A DNA stretch of 64,000 nucleotides from Octopus vulgaris (taxonomy: Eukaryota): assembly GCA_951406725.2 (NCBI GenBank), contig OX597823.1:46128001-46192000 (forward strand). The letters are read 5' to 3'. Position 1 is the first letter of the stretch; each line of letters opens with the position of its first letter. Made by a program: the position numbers and the translations under genes. Positions 13,011 through 26,726 of the stretch are shown here, piece by piece. The notes under the pieces are model-generated. The model was not told where the DNA came from. It did not search any database and saw nothing but the letters and a program-made list of their open reading frames with translations.

Positions 13011-13454
13011 GCAAAGACATATGAAGAAATTGCTGAACGACTAGTTCATACGGAATAGGTAAATGAAGCAAATAAAATAAAAGCGAAAGTGAAGAGGAAA
13101 GATGGGAGGCGAAGAAGCGAATGCGCTGATAGTAAAGGATGCTCTCCTTGTATCTGCTTCTTTTTCTCTTCTCATTTCTTTAGGAAGAGGAACAGGAGTA
13201 ATAAAGAAGCGAGAGTCAATATGTTTTGTAACAGATGGATAAAATAATACAATAGTATTATGGGTATCATAGAGCTAATTTAAGGAAAAGATTTATGGTT
13301 ATCAACTTTCAAATCTTAGACATATACACGCCCTGTTATATATATATATATTTGCACACACAAATAAACTCATACAAACACACAATCACACGTATATTTT
13401 CAAGAGCACATACACACATGCATACATGCATATATATATATATATATATGTATG

Positions 13455-13727
13455 TATAGGAATAGTGGATCTCGAAGCATGTGATAAAATTTTAAATAAT
13501 ACCATATGAATATTAGATTGAAAAAACCTTTTGGATACAAAGTCGAACGGTTCCCGTCGACCATATATGTGTGAGGGGGTGGGGGTGGGGGGTTTAGGTG
13601 CTTTGTTTCGAAGTTAATAACGCTACCAATGGTTTCATGCGCAGAGATTCTTTACAAGTAAGAGTATATTTAAAATACTTGCCCATCATTGCGATGCTGA
13701 GCACTGATTATCACTGTTCCACTTAAG
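13455..13727 (-). mobile_element. Microsatellite-flanked unit with a decayed hammerhead motif
   Basis: Minus strand 13693-13621: CGC-AATGA-tgggca...tgcgcat-GAAACCATTGGTA-GCG. The 3' half of the core and near-palindromic stem III are intact; the CUGA box is damaged. Confidence 0.4.
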
Positions 13728-13797
13728 TGTGTGTGTACACCCACATATACACACAAGCACTCACGTACATATTCATATACACACGCACACACACACG

Positions 13798-13855
<58 letters not shown>

Positions 13856-13903
13856 TATAGACAGACAGACAGACTGATAGAGAGAGAGAGAGAGAGAGAG
13901 AGA
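13727..13903. repeat. CA/TA/AGAC/AG compound microsatellite
   Basis: Directly visible. Confidence 0.9.
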
Positions 13904-14019
13904 CATGTTTCTTTATTAGCCACACAGGGTTGAACACAGAGGGGACAAATTACAAAGAAGAGCTTTTCATTTTGGGGAGAAAAGAAAGAGAGAGAGAAAG
14001 AGAGAGAGAGACAGGTGGT

Positions 14020-14020
<1 letters not shown>

Positions 14021-14109
<89 letters not shown>

Positions 14110-14116
14110 CACACAC

Positions 14117-14191
<75 letters not shown>

Positions 14192-14238
14192 CGGACAGAC
14201 AGACAGACAGACAGATAGATAGATAGATGGATGGATAA

Positions 14239-14324
<86 letters not shown>

Positions 14325-14345
14325 GGATGGATGGATAGACAGATA
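14021..14345. repeat. (AGAT)n array with AGAC/GGAT variants
   Basis: Directly visible. Confidence 0.95.
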
Positions 14346-14399
14346 TGGATAATATAAGTTCATACGTATCTACATACTTAGATAAGTATGATAAATATC

Positions 14400-14670
14400 A
14401 GTATATAATAAGCGACCGGTGTTTTGTAGTTACTTCCTTGTTTCAGACTCTGCTTAGTCTAATCGGTTGCGAGATCGGTATCTCTATGGATATAAGGTTT
14501 TTTTTATCTATAATACTCTTAGAACATTTCAACCACTTGTACGCGTATCTACGACCTGAGGTATTTAGGTCTGCGATCTGCTCAAACACCTAGAAAGGCT
14601 TGCAGCAGATATTATCTCCATAATACATGACCTCCTAGTCGAAAACCCAGATCACTCGGCTCTTTCATCT
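14400..14670 (-). mobile_element. Possible very old RTE-type LINE 3' fragment
   Basis: Minus-strand peptides RLGGHVLWR and GR....KW resemble RTE C-terminal RLxWxGHVxR...GRPxxRW; weak. Confidence 0.3.
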
Positions 14671-14846
14671 TCGTTAGACAAATAAAACATACAGAACACG
14701 TATACACACACGTAGGCGCACACATACACATCCACAAGCACACCCACTTACTCACACATAAACGGACAAACATGCTCACATACACACAGACACACACATA
14801 CACACACACGTTCATATTTGTGTATGTATGTATGTATATATGTATA

Positions 14847-14899
<53 letters not shown>

Positions 14900-15016
14900 T
14901 GTAAAAAAAACCCACAGATTTTAGGGTTAGCTCATCATTTTTCGGTCATTTGCTTGGCTTTAAAAATTGTCGCTTGAAATCGGGAATACATCTCATTATG
15001 ATACATTACATTATAG

Positions 15017-15069
<53 letters not shown>

Positions 15070-15072
<3 letters not shown>

Positions 15073-15293
15073 TTTTATTCTTTTACTTGTTTCAATCATT
15101 TGACTGAGGCCATGGTGGAGCACCGCCTTCAGTCGAACAAATCAAACCGAAGACTTATTCTTTGTAAGCCTAGTACTTATTCAATCAGTTCCTTTTGCCG
15201 AACTCATCGGTTACGGGGACGTAAACACACCAATATCGGTTGTCAGGCGATGGTGGGGTGACAAACATAAGCACACAAATGCATACGTACATG

Positions 15294-15338
<45 letters not shown>

Positions 15339-15420
15339 TCTTCCAGTTTCCGTCTACCAAATCTACTCAGAAGGCTTTTGTCGACCCAAGGATGTAGTAG
15401 AGGACACTTGCCCATGATGC
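15070..15420 (-). mobile_element. SINE family A, 5'-truncated
   Basis: Reverse complement of the family A body and tail, with internal (CA)n/(TA)n. Confidence 0.9.
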
Positions 15421-15704
15421 CTTCCTTCATCGGAGACTGGGCGAGAAAAAGGTTAGGCGATAGTTATTCCAGAGAAGATATGAAATAGAGAGTGGAGTGG
15501 AGTCATGAAAACAGACTTGAGATATGCAGGGATACTGTATCTGCAGTTCCATTGTTTAAGCAGAATGGTATACATGTAAATTTCCTGTGCCTTCTGTGTA
15601 AGTTCCAATAGTATTGTAAATTGGTCATTCCATGTATAGAGATTGTACACGGTGTTATAAATGTTCTGAAATATTTCACAACCTTGGATTTTTATCTCAT
15701 TCTG

Positions 15705-15887
<183 letters not shown>

Positions 15888-16899
15888 TCAATGAATAACA
15901 GTAGAGGTACACGAGTTAATCCACGGATTGACATCTAAACCCCCACGGTTACTCATTTATATTTTATTCACCTTTCTCTCAGAATCTGCCCTCCGTAAAT
16001 ATTATGGACAGTATATTTGTTATGATGTGCATGTCTGAAAAGCTCAAGAGCGTATTTCTTCACTCAACTAGGTCTAATTGTCTACATACACTGCAAGAAT
16101 ATCGTTTGGTCAATACTTATATATAAGTTTGATATTTACCTAATAATGTCGTGTGTGTATATTAATCTGACTTAACGAGGTGACTCAATTTAAATACCTA
16201 ATTCAACTGAATCTTATTTATATATACATATACATACGTAACCCATCCACCCTCAATAAATATGTATATGAATATATACATATATACATACGTATGTATA
16301 TGCGCGCCTGCGTATGTGTGTTTATTTTGGGAAGGTCATTTTGCTAATAGCACAGGCACTGCTTCTGTCTCGCTTCTTTTTTTATTATCATTCGTCTAAT
16401 AGTTAAGCAATTAAAAATTAACCTAATCAGAGAACTTCAGCTCTCTATACTCTTAATGTGCTTCTAAATGTTTATCATATAGTAACAGCGTGAGCACTTT
16501 CGAAGGAATGCGTTTATTCGACACAATCGTACTTTATGTTAAGGACCCCAAAAGAGTGAATGACAAAGTTTGAACCCAGAATCTTAATAGCTGGAATAAA
16601 CACCACAATGCATTTTTAGACGTTCTAACGAATCTGCCTATGTTTCTTATTGGCAAAATGATCCTCCAAAGGTACTCGATACCTTTTGACACATTCTCAC
16701 ATCAAATAATTTTCAAACCAAATACAAACATTTATGTCAAGCCCTGTCACGCTGAAGAGCCACTGACAATCACTATATTCTCCTCACTAAAGATTACAAC
16801 AACCACTCGATAATGTCGCTTCAAAAAGCAGTGCATCCCAACCAGGATGTATACGAACTCTGTTGATTTAGCTGTATGAATGTTGAACCTCTCTAAGAA

Positions 16900-17600
16900 G
16901 CAGAGGAATAAAAACAACACTATGTTGCTGATAAGCAACAAGAAAATTGGAGTGCTGGGCGGACGAATTGGTCACATTGCCAGGGTACTAGTTTCGTCCA
17001 GTTCTCCAAGTGGAGAAGAACTGGGACGACTTGGCATGCAGAGTGGTCAATCTCAGCCAGATATTGGCGTGAGAGGAAGCTGTGCAAAATGGAATAGAGG
17101 TCGTATATAACAGGCTGACCGTCGTGCCTTGCTCCAGTTCACGTCTCACTGGGCTGCAGTGTCCGCTCTTCCACTTTCCGTGGAAGGGACTCATTACACT
17201 GGTTAGGTGTTCAATTTGTTGACAACCTTCACTGAATTGAGAATTTGGCATGCTGTAGGAGATGATGTGCAGACGTAGACTGAAGCTGGTACATTTTTTA
17301 TGGTGAGTAAATATGATTGCCATTTATCAGATTCGCATTTCTCAGTTTCCTTCACTAAACTACAGTATTGGTTGAAGCTAGAACAGAGATAGGGTACCTG
17401 ACTCTCTGCCATTCGAGCAATGCTCTCAGTGTATGTTCCACTCTCGATAAAGATATACTGGCGAGCGAGTGTGGTGATTTACCCGAGGAGGTTCTGAACG
17501 TTGACGAGAATCTACTGACTCATCAGTTGCGGAGGACCTACCGGCCTGAACGCTCGGAGAATATCCAGATATCTTTGACCTAGCTGAAAAATTTGAGTCC
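16900..17600 (-). mobile_element. Very degenerate LTR-retrotransposon integrase fragment
   Basis: Minus-strand motifs across frameshifts in the expected order: LARQYIF and ESIAR (zinc-binding region), SD(N)G..FT, TSSP, KSS..F...GR. Confidence 0.4.
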
Positions 17601-18384
17601 ATTCATATACGGACATATCAGAGAGATCAGTGGTCTTTGCGAATAGCATTTAATACATTGCGAAAATCAATAAATCCATAATTTATTTTGACCCTGGATG
17701 TATATTTCTTTTCAATACTGTATATTTTTTCCAGACTGAGAAATACTGGATCAAAGTGAAAATTGAAAAATAGGTCCCACATCAAGTTTCATTTTCATCA
17801 ATAGAAATACGTTATGTGGAGACCTATTTCTACACCTCATATTTCTCAGTTGCTTATTTAGCGACATCCGACAAACTGTTCCCCTGTGCCATATCAAAAA
17901 TGTAACAATTTAATATAGAGCAATCAAGTTTGTAAAACAACGCGACAGTGAAAGAAAGATATGGGTAACTTAAAAGTAAGTTATCTATCATCAGTGCTTA
18001 GATCCTTCGAACTTGGATAGTCGACAATAAACCTGCGAAAATGAACAGTTGTGTTAAATATGTGAATGAATATAATATTTTTCATTCCCTTGTTGATGAA
18101 GCTTTCATAACACACGTGTGTATTTGACCGGAAGAAATATGTTTTTTGGAGAATGGTTCTGCACGATACGTATTGTATCTCTATATAAATAGACATTGTT
18201 TTATAGCTGCTCCAAGTTTTCACCAACTTATTGATCTAAACGTGATATATTTTTTTTCCATTTTCTCGAGGATTCTTGTGAATTCGCTTTGCATGATAGA
18301 AATATTCTCAGGACCACTGCGAAAGTGTTTATTATGTCCTATTACATCTATGTCTGTGTCGCTGTGTGTGTATATGTATGTATG

Positions 18385-18448
<64 letters not shown>

Positions 18449-18935
18449 TCGACACACAGAGGAACTCAAGAGATTCGGTTGCCAACCAATTGTGCGAGTA
18501 TAACTACACACACGTCCACGGACACACACACTCACAGTACGCACAGGCACACGCACATGCTTACATATTCATATGTCTATATTTGTATGTATACGAAGGT
18601 AGATATACATGTACCACATACTCACCAGTAAGAGCATAATGTAAACCCTCCTTCAACACATAAATGAGCTAAAACCTTTGTCATGAAGCCCGTGTGTATG
18701 ATCCTCTGACCTGGAGAGAGTTTTCCTGAAACTTCACATAAACCTAAGGTTTATCACCCAATTACAGAAGTAACTTTACATCCAAATAAACAGCAACTCC
18801 GCATCAATGGCTTTCATACAATGGCCCAAATAACCAAACAGACGTGTAACGGCATGCAAACGGGTCTATTAGAACGAATCTTATATTTATAGTATGGTTC
18901 GTTTAAGCACAGTTGAGATAAAAGTCACACCTGCT

Positions 18936-19344
18936 ACGTAGGAGTGGCTGTGCGGTAAGTAGCTTGCTTTACCAGGCACATGGTTCCGGGTTCAGTCCCA
19001 CTGCATGGCACCTTGGGCAAGTGTCTCCTACTATAGCCTCGGGTCGACCAAAGCCTTGTGAGTGGATTTGGTAGACGGAAACTGAAAGAAGCCCGTGGTA
19101 TATATATGTATGTATGTACGTGTGTGTGCATGTTTGTGTGTCTGTGTTTGTCCCCCCAACATCGCTTGAAAACCAATGCTGGTGTATTTACGTCCCCGTA
19201 ACTTAGCGGTTCGGTAAAAGAGACCGATAGAATAAGTACTAGGCTTACAAAGAATAAGTCCTAGGGTCGATTTGCTCGACTAAATGCGATGCTCCAGCAT
19301 GGCCACAGTCAAAGGAATGAAACAAGTAAAAGAGTAAAAGAGTA
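18936..19344 (+). mobile_element. Full-length tRNA-derived SINE family A
   Basis: A box TGGCTGTGCGG, B box GGTTCAGTCCC, internal TA/TG microsatellite, tail (GTAAAAGA)n; closely similar to the copy at 27010. Confidence 0.95.
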
Positions 19345-19386
19345 CTGTGGTATTCATACACTGGTCTGCTGGCGGAGATATTTGGT

Positions 19387-19596
19387 TTACTTGTTCCTGT
19401 CACAGGACTACGGCCATGCTGGAGTACTATCATGAAGAACTTTTCGTCGAACAAAGCTACCCCAGTACCTAACTTTAAATTTGGAACATATTCAGTCGGT
19501 GACTTTTGCCGAACCACTAGGTCACGCGGACGCAAAATGACTAACATCAATTGTAAAGCAGTAGCAGAGACAAACACTATTGAAACACAAACACAA

Positions 19597-19639
<43 letters not shown>

Positions 19640-19800
19640 CATACTTGTACACACATGTATAAATGCATTTAACGGGCTTCTTTCAGTTTTCGTATACCAT
19701 ATCCGCTCACAAGGCTTTGGTCAGCCTGATATTGTATTAGAAGACTCAAGGAGTCGAGCTTGTTTGGAAAGCAAGCTTCTGAACCATACATGCACATCCG
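19387..19800 (-). mobile_element. Older SINE family A copy with internal (AG)n
   Basis: GGCCATGCTGGAG...TTTTGCCGAACC...GGGCTTCTTTCAGTTT...CTCACAAGGCTTTGGTC; tail-to-tail with the previous copy. Confidence 0.8.
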
Positions 19801-19968
19801 CATCTATAGACAATATTGTGTTTGTTCTCGCTTTAACTTGGATAATGATGAAGGCTCCCAATGAAATATCTTTGTCATATACGGATACTCTGCCTTAGTG
19901 ATTATATAGACATGTGTATATATGAATCTGTGTACGTATATATGTATATGTAGGTAATATATATATGT

Positions 19969-20024
<56 letters not shown>

Positions 20025-20609
20025 GTATAAGAAAGAGTTTGATTCGGCTCCTTGCAACTTTAAGATTCGCGGCCCACTAACAGAGACAGGTCACATTTAA
20101 GCTTAGATTACTGAATAGAGTAAAACAATATGTCAGAGATGGCTACCAGAAAATCGTCCATCTTGGTCTTTCTGTGTTTTTTTATTCGGTGATTTAAGCC
20201 TGAAGGTGATGGGTTTCTGTTAAAGTTATACATACACATAGATGATAAAGTTCTAACATTATTTATTGCATAACATAAATCAGTATTCAATCATTATGAA
20301 AATCAATTAATATCGTATATTTGTAAACTTTTCTTAATATGAACGAACTTCTGATCTGAAGTGCACACCGACTAATTCGTTAAATGGATGGCTGTGGTGA
20401 TTCCATAAATCATAGATGTGACTCATCGACTAACAGATCCCAATAAAATTTGTCAGGATATGTGTCATGAATAAGCTTAGGATAATTAAATCTTCTAGAA
20501 TGGTCACCGTTATAGGAACAAGCTTCAGGTTGTGATAATGGAATACAGCTTTATATTGTTTTTAAAACTCGATACATATTCAATTGGTCTCTTATGGCGA
20601 AGCATTAAA

Positions 20610-20857
<248 letters not shown>

Positions 20858-20980
20858 TCCTTTTCAGAAATCTCGCTCAAATAATACACCAGAAAAGAGA
20901 TTTGGATGGAGATCAAACAATGCAGTATTTTATTAATGATTTTGATTGCAGTCGATTATGCTATTGATCAACATGCTTAT

Positions 20981-21012
20981 TACGAGGGGTGTATGAAAAT
21001 CTTTGAGCCTTG
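20981..21012 (+). mobile_element. Mariner-like TIR remnant
   Basis: TACGAGGGGTGTATGAAAATCTTTGAGCCT resembles mariner termini (TA + CGAGGG...); no partner end found. Confidence 0.3.
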
Positions 21013-21129
21013 AAGTCTTGTACCTTCATCAGAATTCTTGTACCATGTGTTCTTTTGTGTCTTTTTGTTGTTGTTTTTTTTTTTGAGGCTCAAGAATTTT
21101 CATACACCACTCGTATATGGATAATAAAC

Positions 21130-21341
21130 CTTTCTACAATAGATTCAAAGCCTGGAATTGTTTGTGGCGGGGAATTGTTGATTACATGTCCACCAGTGCT
21201 CAAGTCGTATTATTTTATCGACTCCGAAATGATGAAAAGTAAAGTGAGCCTCGGTGGAATTTGAATCAGAACGTAAAGACAGACGAAATACCGCTAAACA
21301 TTTTGTCCGGCGTAATAGTGATTCTACCAGCGCGCTGCTTT
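21130..21341 (-). mobile_element. SINE family B, degenerate
   Basis: TTTTATCGACTCCGAAATGATGAAA...CCTCGGTGGAATTTGAATCAGAACGTAAAGAC. Confidence 0.8.
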
Positions 21342-21599
21342 GATTATATCGATGATAATGACAAATAATTGTGATGAGGTTTATTAAAGATGAGACGATA
21401 AAGTTCTGTTCATGTTTTCTAATTAATGAGATAATGCTATTAACTTTTTCAATTTTATTCAGTTCATAGTGAAAATCCTTATTTTAAACGGAAATAAACC
21501 ATTAACATAACTATCGCACTATTAATAAAAATCTTCTAGAGCCCATCTGTCTTTACTAATAGTTTTTTATATATGATGCAGCTCGAAGCAAAGGAGACG

Positions 21600-22880
21600 A
21601 TATGAATAAAGTTTGTGAAAAAAGACAGAACTTTATTGTTCGAAGAACGTAAGGAGGAGCGAGCAAGAGGAAGTTCATATACGGTACTTTACTATTACTA
21701 GAGAAGATTTTCGTTTGCTTTCGAGAGAATTATTGAGAGATCTCTGAACGAAGTATAGCACAATGTGTTCTTTCTTGACCGGGGGAGAACACAATCTTTC
21801 GAACCGAAAAAAGAGATGAGACAAGGGTACACGGAGAACAGGTGAATCATTCAAAGCTAACTGATTGATGTCAGCGTAGAAACATGAACGGAATATGTGA
21901 GTTATGGCTAGAGGTATTGGTAATGACGTTTACTTGGTTTGTCATTACTTTTGCAGTTCACTACTAGAAGCTGGTGAGCTGGTTTCACATTGGAATAATA
22001 TGTATGTGATCACGAGGTGTAAGATCCGCATGGGCTTCCTATCTTTATTGATTTCCGGTGAAAAGGAAATCTGCGATTGTGGGAACGGATAGAGTGAAAA
22101 TAAGATTTCTGGGGCTAATAAGACCGAGGCTCTACGCATGTGACAGTAAAGGTCTCTTGAAGCATTCTGTCCAGAAGAGAAAATATAAACGCAGAAAGGT
22201 AGACACTGGTAAATGCAACAACAAAAACAATTGCTTACAGAAAAATCTACAGTTGTTGTTCCAACAGCACCACCAATTGTAGTTTCAGAATAGCCAGAGC
22301 AGAAACAAGAGTTCAAGATAGCTCGGCACCGAAAAGGTTAGGCAGAGTACCGCATTGAAGGTCCAAACAGGAACCCAATCCATAGTTGTGCAGGTAAGGG
22401 AAAGAAATGAGACCGGAAGAAATTTTGGGAAATGTCTGAGACATTATGAAGATATAGTGGAAGCGAAAAATCATAGCAAAAATTGAAAAGAGAAAAAAAT
22501 AGTAGCTTGATATCAGTCCACGGAAGGGTTTCATTCCCCCTGCAATATTTACGATTCACGCTTATCTGAATCTGTAACGAGAATCTAAAAAAGATCCTGA
22601 ATGATTCGAAGGAGGATAACGGGATTACTGGCCTGATTGAAGTGCAGGTGGTGTATAAATAAACGTAAACACGAAGGGATATACTGCCGGTGAAATCACG
22701 GAAATATTATAACAACTGAATGTGGAAGTCGTCGCAAATGGAAAATGACAGCAGATGTCACAGGAAAGACTTGGGGAACCCGGTCCTCAGAAGGTGATCA
22801 GAGCAAAAAACGTTCAAGGTTGTATCTAGTGACCAGTTACTTACACCTTCATAGTTGCGTTTTCAGCCGATTGATATATT
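21600..22880 (-). mobile_element. Possible decayed DIRS-type tyrosine-recombinase region
   Basis: Minus-strand fragments PVW(D)L-NAVL, LFLL(ALA) and LYCHMRRA occur in the order of DIRS YR motifs (PxWDLxxVL, LLALA, CPVRAL); heavily frameshifted. Confidence 0.3.
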
Positions 22881-22927
22881 GCATTTCGAATGTGCGGGCG
22901 GTAAAATATTAAGGTGATGCAACTATC

Positions 22928-23154
22928 TGTTTCTTTATTACCCACAAGGGGCATAGAGGGGACAAACAAGGACAGACAAACGGATTAAGTCGATTACATC
23001 GACCCCAGTGCATAACTGGTACTTAATTTATCGACCCCAATGGGATGAAAGGCAAAGTCGACCTCGGCGGAATTTGAACTCAGAACATAACGGCATACGA
23101 AATACGGCTACGCATTTCGCCCGGCGTGCTAACGATTCTGCCTGCTCGCTGCCT
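22928..23154 (-). mobile_element. Full-length SINE family B
   Basis: Head AAGGCAGCGAGCAGGCAGAATCG, B box GAGTTCAAATTCC, tail ...GGGTAATAAAGAAAC; 18-bp TSD TAAGG(TGA/GGG)TGCAACTATC at 22910-22927 and 23155-23172. Confidence 0.95.
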
Positions 23155-24208
23155 TAAGGGGGTGCAACTATCGTGGATGGATGAGTTGGTAGAGTGATGT
23201 GACTGCTCCAGGCAGCTGTGTCAGCAGAGCGGTGGCTGAAATACTTTGTACTATTTTGTTTGCAACTCTGAATCTCGCCATTTAAAGTTCGAATCAACTT
23301 GCGGACATGTTTTTCATTTCATCCTTCATTCAAAACGTTTAGGTCAATTTAATGGAATATTCTGGATTGTTCTCTCCCACTAAATATGTGGCATAAAGCT
23401 TAAGTTACAAGCAGTTAGTAGTGATATCAGAGCTGGGGAAATAATTGCGGTATTTAGTTACATCCTTTTACTTATTTACTTCATTTTGAACTGTGATCAA
23501 CCAAGGAAGTTAAAACGCCTGCCAATTTAGTATTTTCTTCAATTTATTCAACGACTGCAACCCTTACTTTAAATATGCAGCCTTGTGCTTACGTTAAAAA
23601 TAATTATTAATACGACTCTGTTTCATTGAGCTTTAAGATTATTTTTACATGAAATCCATATCGTGTAAGCTGAGAATTCACTTTTTATCGAGCAAAGTTT
23701 CTCGTCCAATAACAGAAACGTTACGAATTGTTTGTGACCCAGTGATACTATTGATACATCGAAGCAACGATCGAACGAAGTAAGCGATCACGTTTGCTAA
23801 ATATTTGATATTAGGATTTTCTGTCGTGTCTGTTTATTCCGACTATATTTGTGGATATTGTTCGTTCTGTTCTCTGATTAGGTTCCGATTCATCAGGTAG
23901 AATGTGATCTAACGCATGGCTCTGTTTGCAATAACGTTCTCGTTTCCTGATGAGGTTCATATAACTAAATCGCTCGGAATATTGAACAGTACTTTCTACT
24001 TACATGGATTCTTCTATGATAGTGCAACCAGGGCCAAAAGGAGAAAGTCAAACGAGAACGAGCGTATCGATTAGAACACTTGTCGATGTAATTCTCTTGC
24101 TTTCCTTCTTTTTTTATAACACACTGATATTGATATTTGAAGAACGATTCAGTTACACACTTCGGGTGCAATTTATACTGTTATCTGCTAACAATACCGT
24201 TGCCACCG

Positions 24209-24380
24209 CTTCTTCTTCTTCTTCTTCTTCTTCTTCTTCTTCTTCTTCTTCTTCTTCTTCTTCTTCTTCTTCTTCTTCTTCTTCTTCTTCTACTCCTCCT
24301 CCTCCTCCTCTTTCTTCTTCTCCTTCCTCTTTTTCTTCTCCTTCCCTTCCTCCTCCTCTACTGCTGCTGCTGCTGCTGCT
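24209..24380. repeat. (TCT)n(CCT)n(CTG)n microsatellite
   Basis: Directly visible. Confidence 0.95.
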
Positions 24381-26225
24381 GGGAGTATCAATAGCAATTC
24401 TAATAGGCAAAGACGCAACAATTTGTAAAATCTAATTATTTTCATAATTTACTTTCCCTATATCTCTTCATGTTTCACGTATTCCTTCAACTACCACTCT
24501 TCCTACTAATTCTACCAAACGACTACATTCTTTCTCACATCTTTACTGTCAATTTTTCTCACATTCCATTCATATTTTTTTACCACTGTTCTTCCTTCTA
24601 ATCCTTCTCCATCATGAATCCTCACTCCCACTTATTATTTTTCGACATTTCTTTGTCCCTCCTTTCGCTCCTATTCCGATTCCTCTCACCCATCTCTTCC
24701 CATTTTCTCCTTCCTCTATTCATCAACGCTGCATTTAAAATAACTTTGACGTGATACCGGTTTTAGAAGTGTTTGTAAAATATTTATAATTTACTATACA
24801 AACCAAAGAGGCGCAACCATTCTTTCTCCGAAATGAAACAATTCCATACAAGTGCTTAAATCAATTAAGGACATTCTCCCTAGATTTTTATCAGTAATTG
24901 TGTTTCTGTTAGGTTCTCGATATAAAACATTTTGCTCTGACTTAACTTAAGGTGGATCACTTCACTGTAGTGGTATCGTCTATGTGGCTGCAGCTCTCGA
25001 TAGAGCCGGACATTTTGCTTGTATATTGTTCAGTTATGTATATTTACATTTATAAAATTATTGTTCTTTATTATTTATTCACAAAAATAGGAGTATTTTC
25101 TTTTATATTGTAAAAAAAAAATTAGATAGATAATAGCAAATTCCCTGTTTATGTTGTAATTTTATTTTACTGTAAATATTATTATATCTTGCGTAGTCGA
25201 AGGTATCTCTGAATTTCGATTGTTATATTGACTTACTTCTGGCTTCTTCGTAAACGTGTACTTAATTCTCTTTCTATAGACATTTTCTCTGCTATTGATA
25301 ACTGATAATTAATCTGCGGTTCACAATATAATCAGTTTTGTTTGGTAAGGCCAGCACAACTTCTACACACCTACAATCAATGTTCTCTTTTGTTTGGCCA
25401 GTCTAACGATGTCAAACGACAAACCAATCGACTACCACAGCAAACATATAAACAAATAAATAAAACACTTAAATGAATTGTTCAGATTCACGTGTCTTTT
25501 TAACCTTGTCTGTTATCTTAATGTTTATGATATTCAATCAAGTATTTAACTGTGACATTCCAGATATAAACTGTTTCATTTCTTTATTCTAAATATATTA
25601 TATAAAACTGGGGGCGGGAACTTAGCTTGTTTCATTCAAAACCTCAGCTATCCTTTTCATTCTAACCTCATTCATTATATATGTTACGCTTTACAAAAAG
25701 TTCAATTCATTTCTATTCAATTTGTTATGGTTGAGAACAGTTGTCTTTTCATAAAGTCCCTCAAACACTAGGTTCAAACCTAAATCGGTTGCTCTGCTTC
25801 TTTAGAAATGGCCTACCTTTTATTACTATCATTTGCTCGAAACTGATTTAATTAATTCTTTTATTTCTCTTTACATTTAACCATTTTAATTTGGACAAAT
25901 CATTCGTCTGGCTATTTTAAAATCGATTTTAGCCAATAAATGATCTGCTTTGCAGTGAGTCCCCTAATCATATTGGCGGCACTTTTGTTATTTTGTGATT
26001 GCAAAACAACAGACAACAGTGTAATTGTGCTGCTATCAAATTGACAGACTTTTTGTTTGCAAGGGTAAAAGAATGTTTACTATAGATGACTAGAAAATAA
26101 CTATTGTCTTGCTTCAAGACTTGATACATAAAATACACTGACTATTGTTGTAGCTTTCAGAAGAGTTGCTACTATAGTTATTGCTACTTTTCTATGTACA
26201 GATATCAATACCATTGTTACTATAC

Positions 26226-26246
26226 CTGCTGCTGCTGCTGCTGCTG

Positions 26247-26313
<67 letters not shown>
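26226..26313. repeat. (CTG)n(CTA)n microsatellite
   Basis: Directly visible. Confidence 0.95.
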
Positions 26314-26391
26314 AACGGAAGATGATAATGAGGATGTTTTTGATGATAATTGTTTCAAATTGTGGCACAAGGCCAATAATTCTTTAAAGGG

Positions 26392-26622
26392 AGGCGAGCT
26401 GGCAGAATCGTTAGCACGCCGGGTGAAATGCTTAGCCGTAATTTGTCTACCGCTACGTTCTGAGTTCAAATTCCGCCAAGATCGACTTTGTCTTTCATCC
26501 TTTCCGGGTCGATTAAATAAGTACCAATTACGCACTGGGGTCGATGTAATCGACTGAATCCCTTTGTTTGTCCTTGTTTGTCCCCTCTATGTTTAGCCCC
26601 TTACAGGTAATAAAGAAATAAA
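26392..26622 (+). mobile_element. Full-length SINE family B nested in an older inverted B copy
   Basis: A box TGGCAGAATCG, B box GAGTTCAAATTCC; TSD AATTCTTTAAAGGGAGG at 26378-26394 and 26623-26639. Confidence 0.95.
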
Positions 26623-26726
26623 AATTCTTTAAAGGGAGGTAGTTAGTCACATACATCGATTCCTATACTTGATTGGTACTTTACTTTATCTACCCCGATT
26701 TAATAATATCAATAATGACTTTTTTT

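Noticed and set aside
13574-13598. G-tracts as a G-quadruplex
   Set aside because: Only three long G runs and no supporting context.
16035-16056. CTGAAAA-GCTC-AA-GAGC hammerhead-like start
   Set aside because: No GAAA box, stem III or stem I.
25237-25370. Minus-strand exon candidate with a perfect GTAAGT donor
   Set aside because: Weak acceptor and stops in all three frames.
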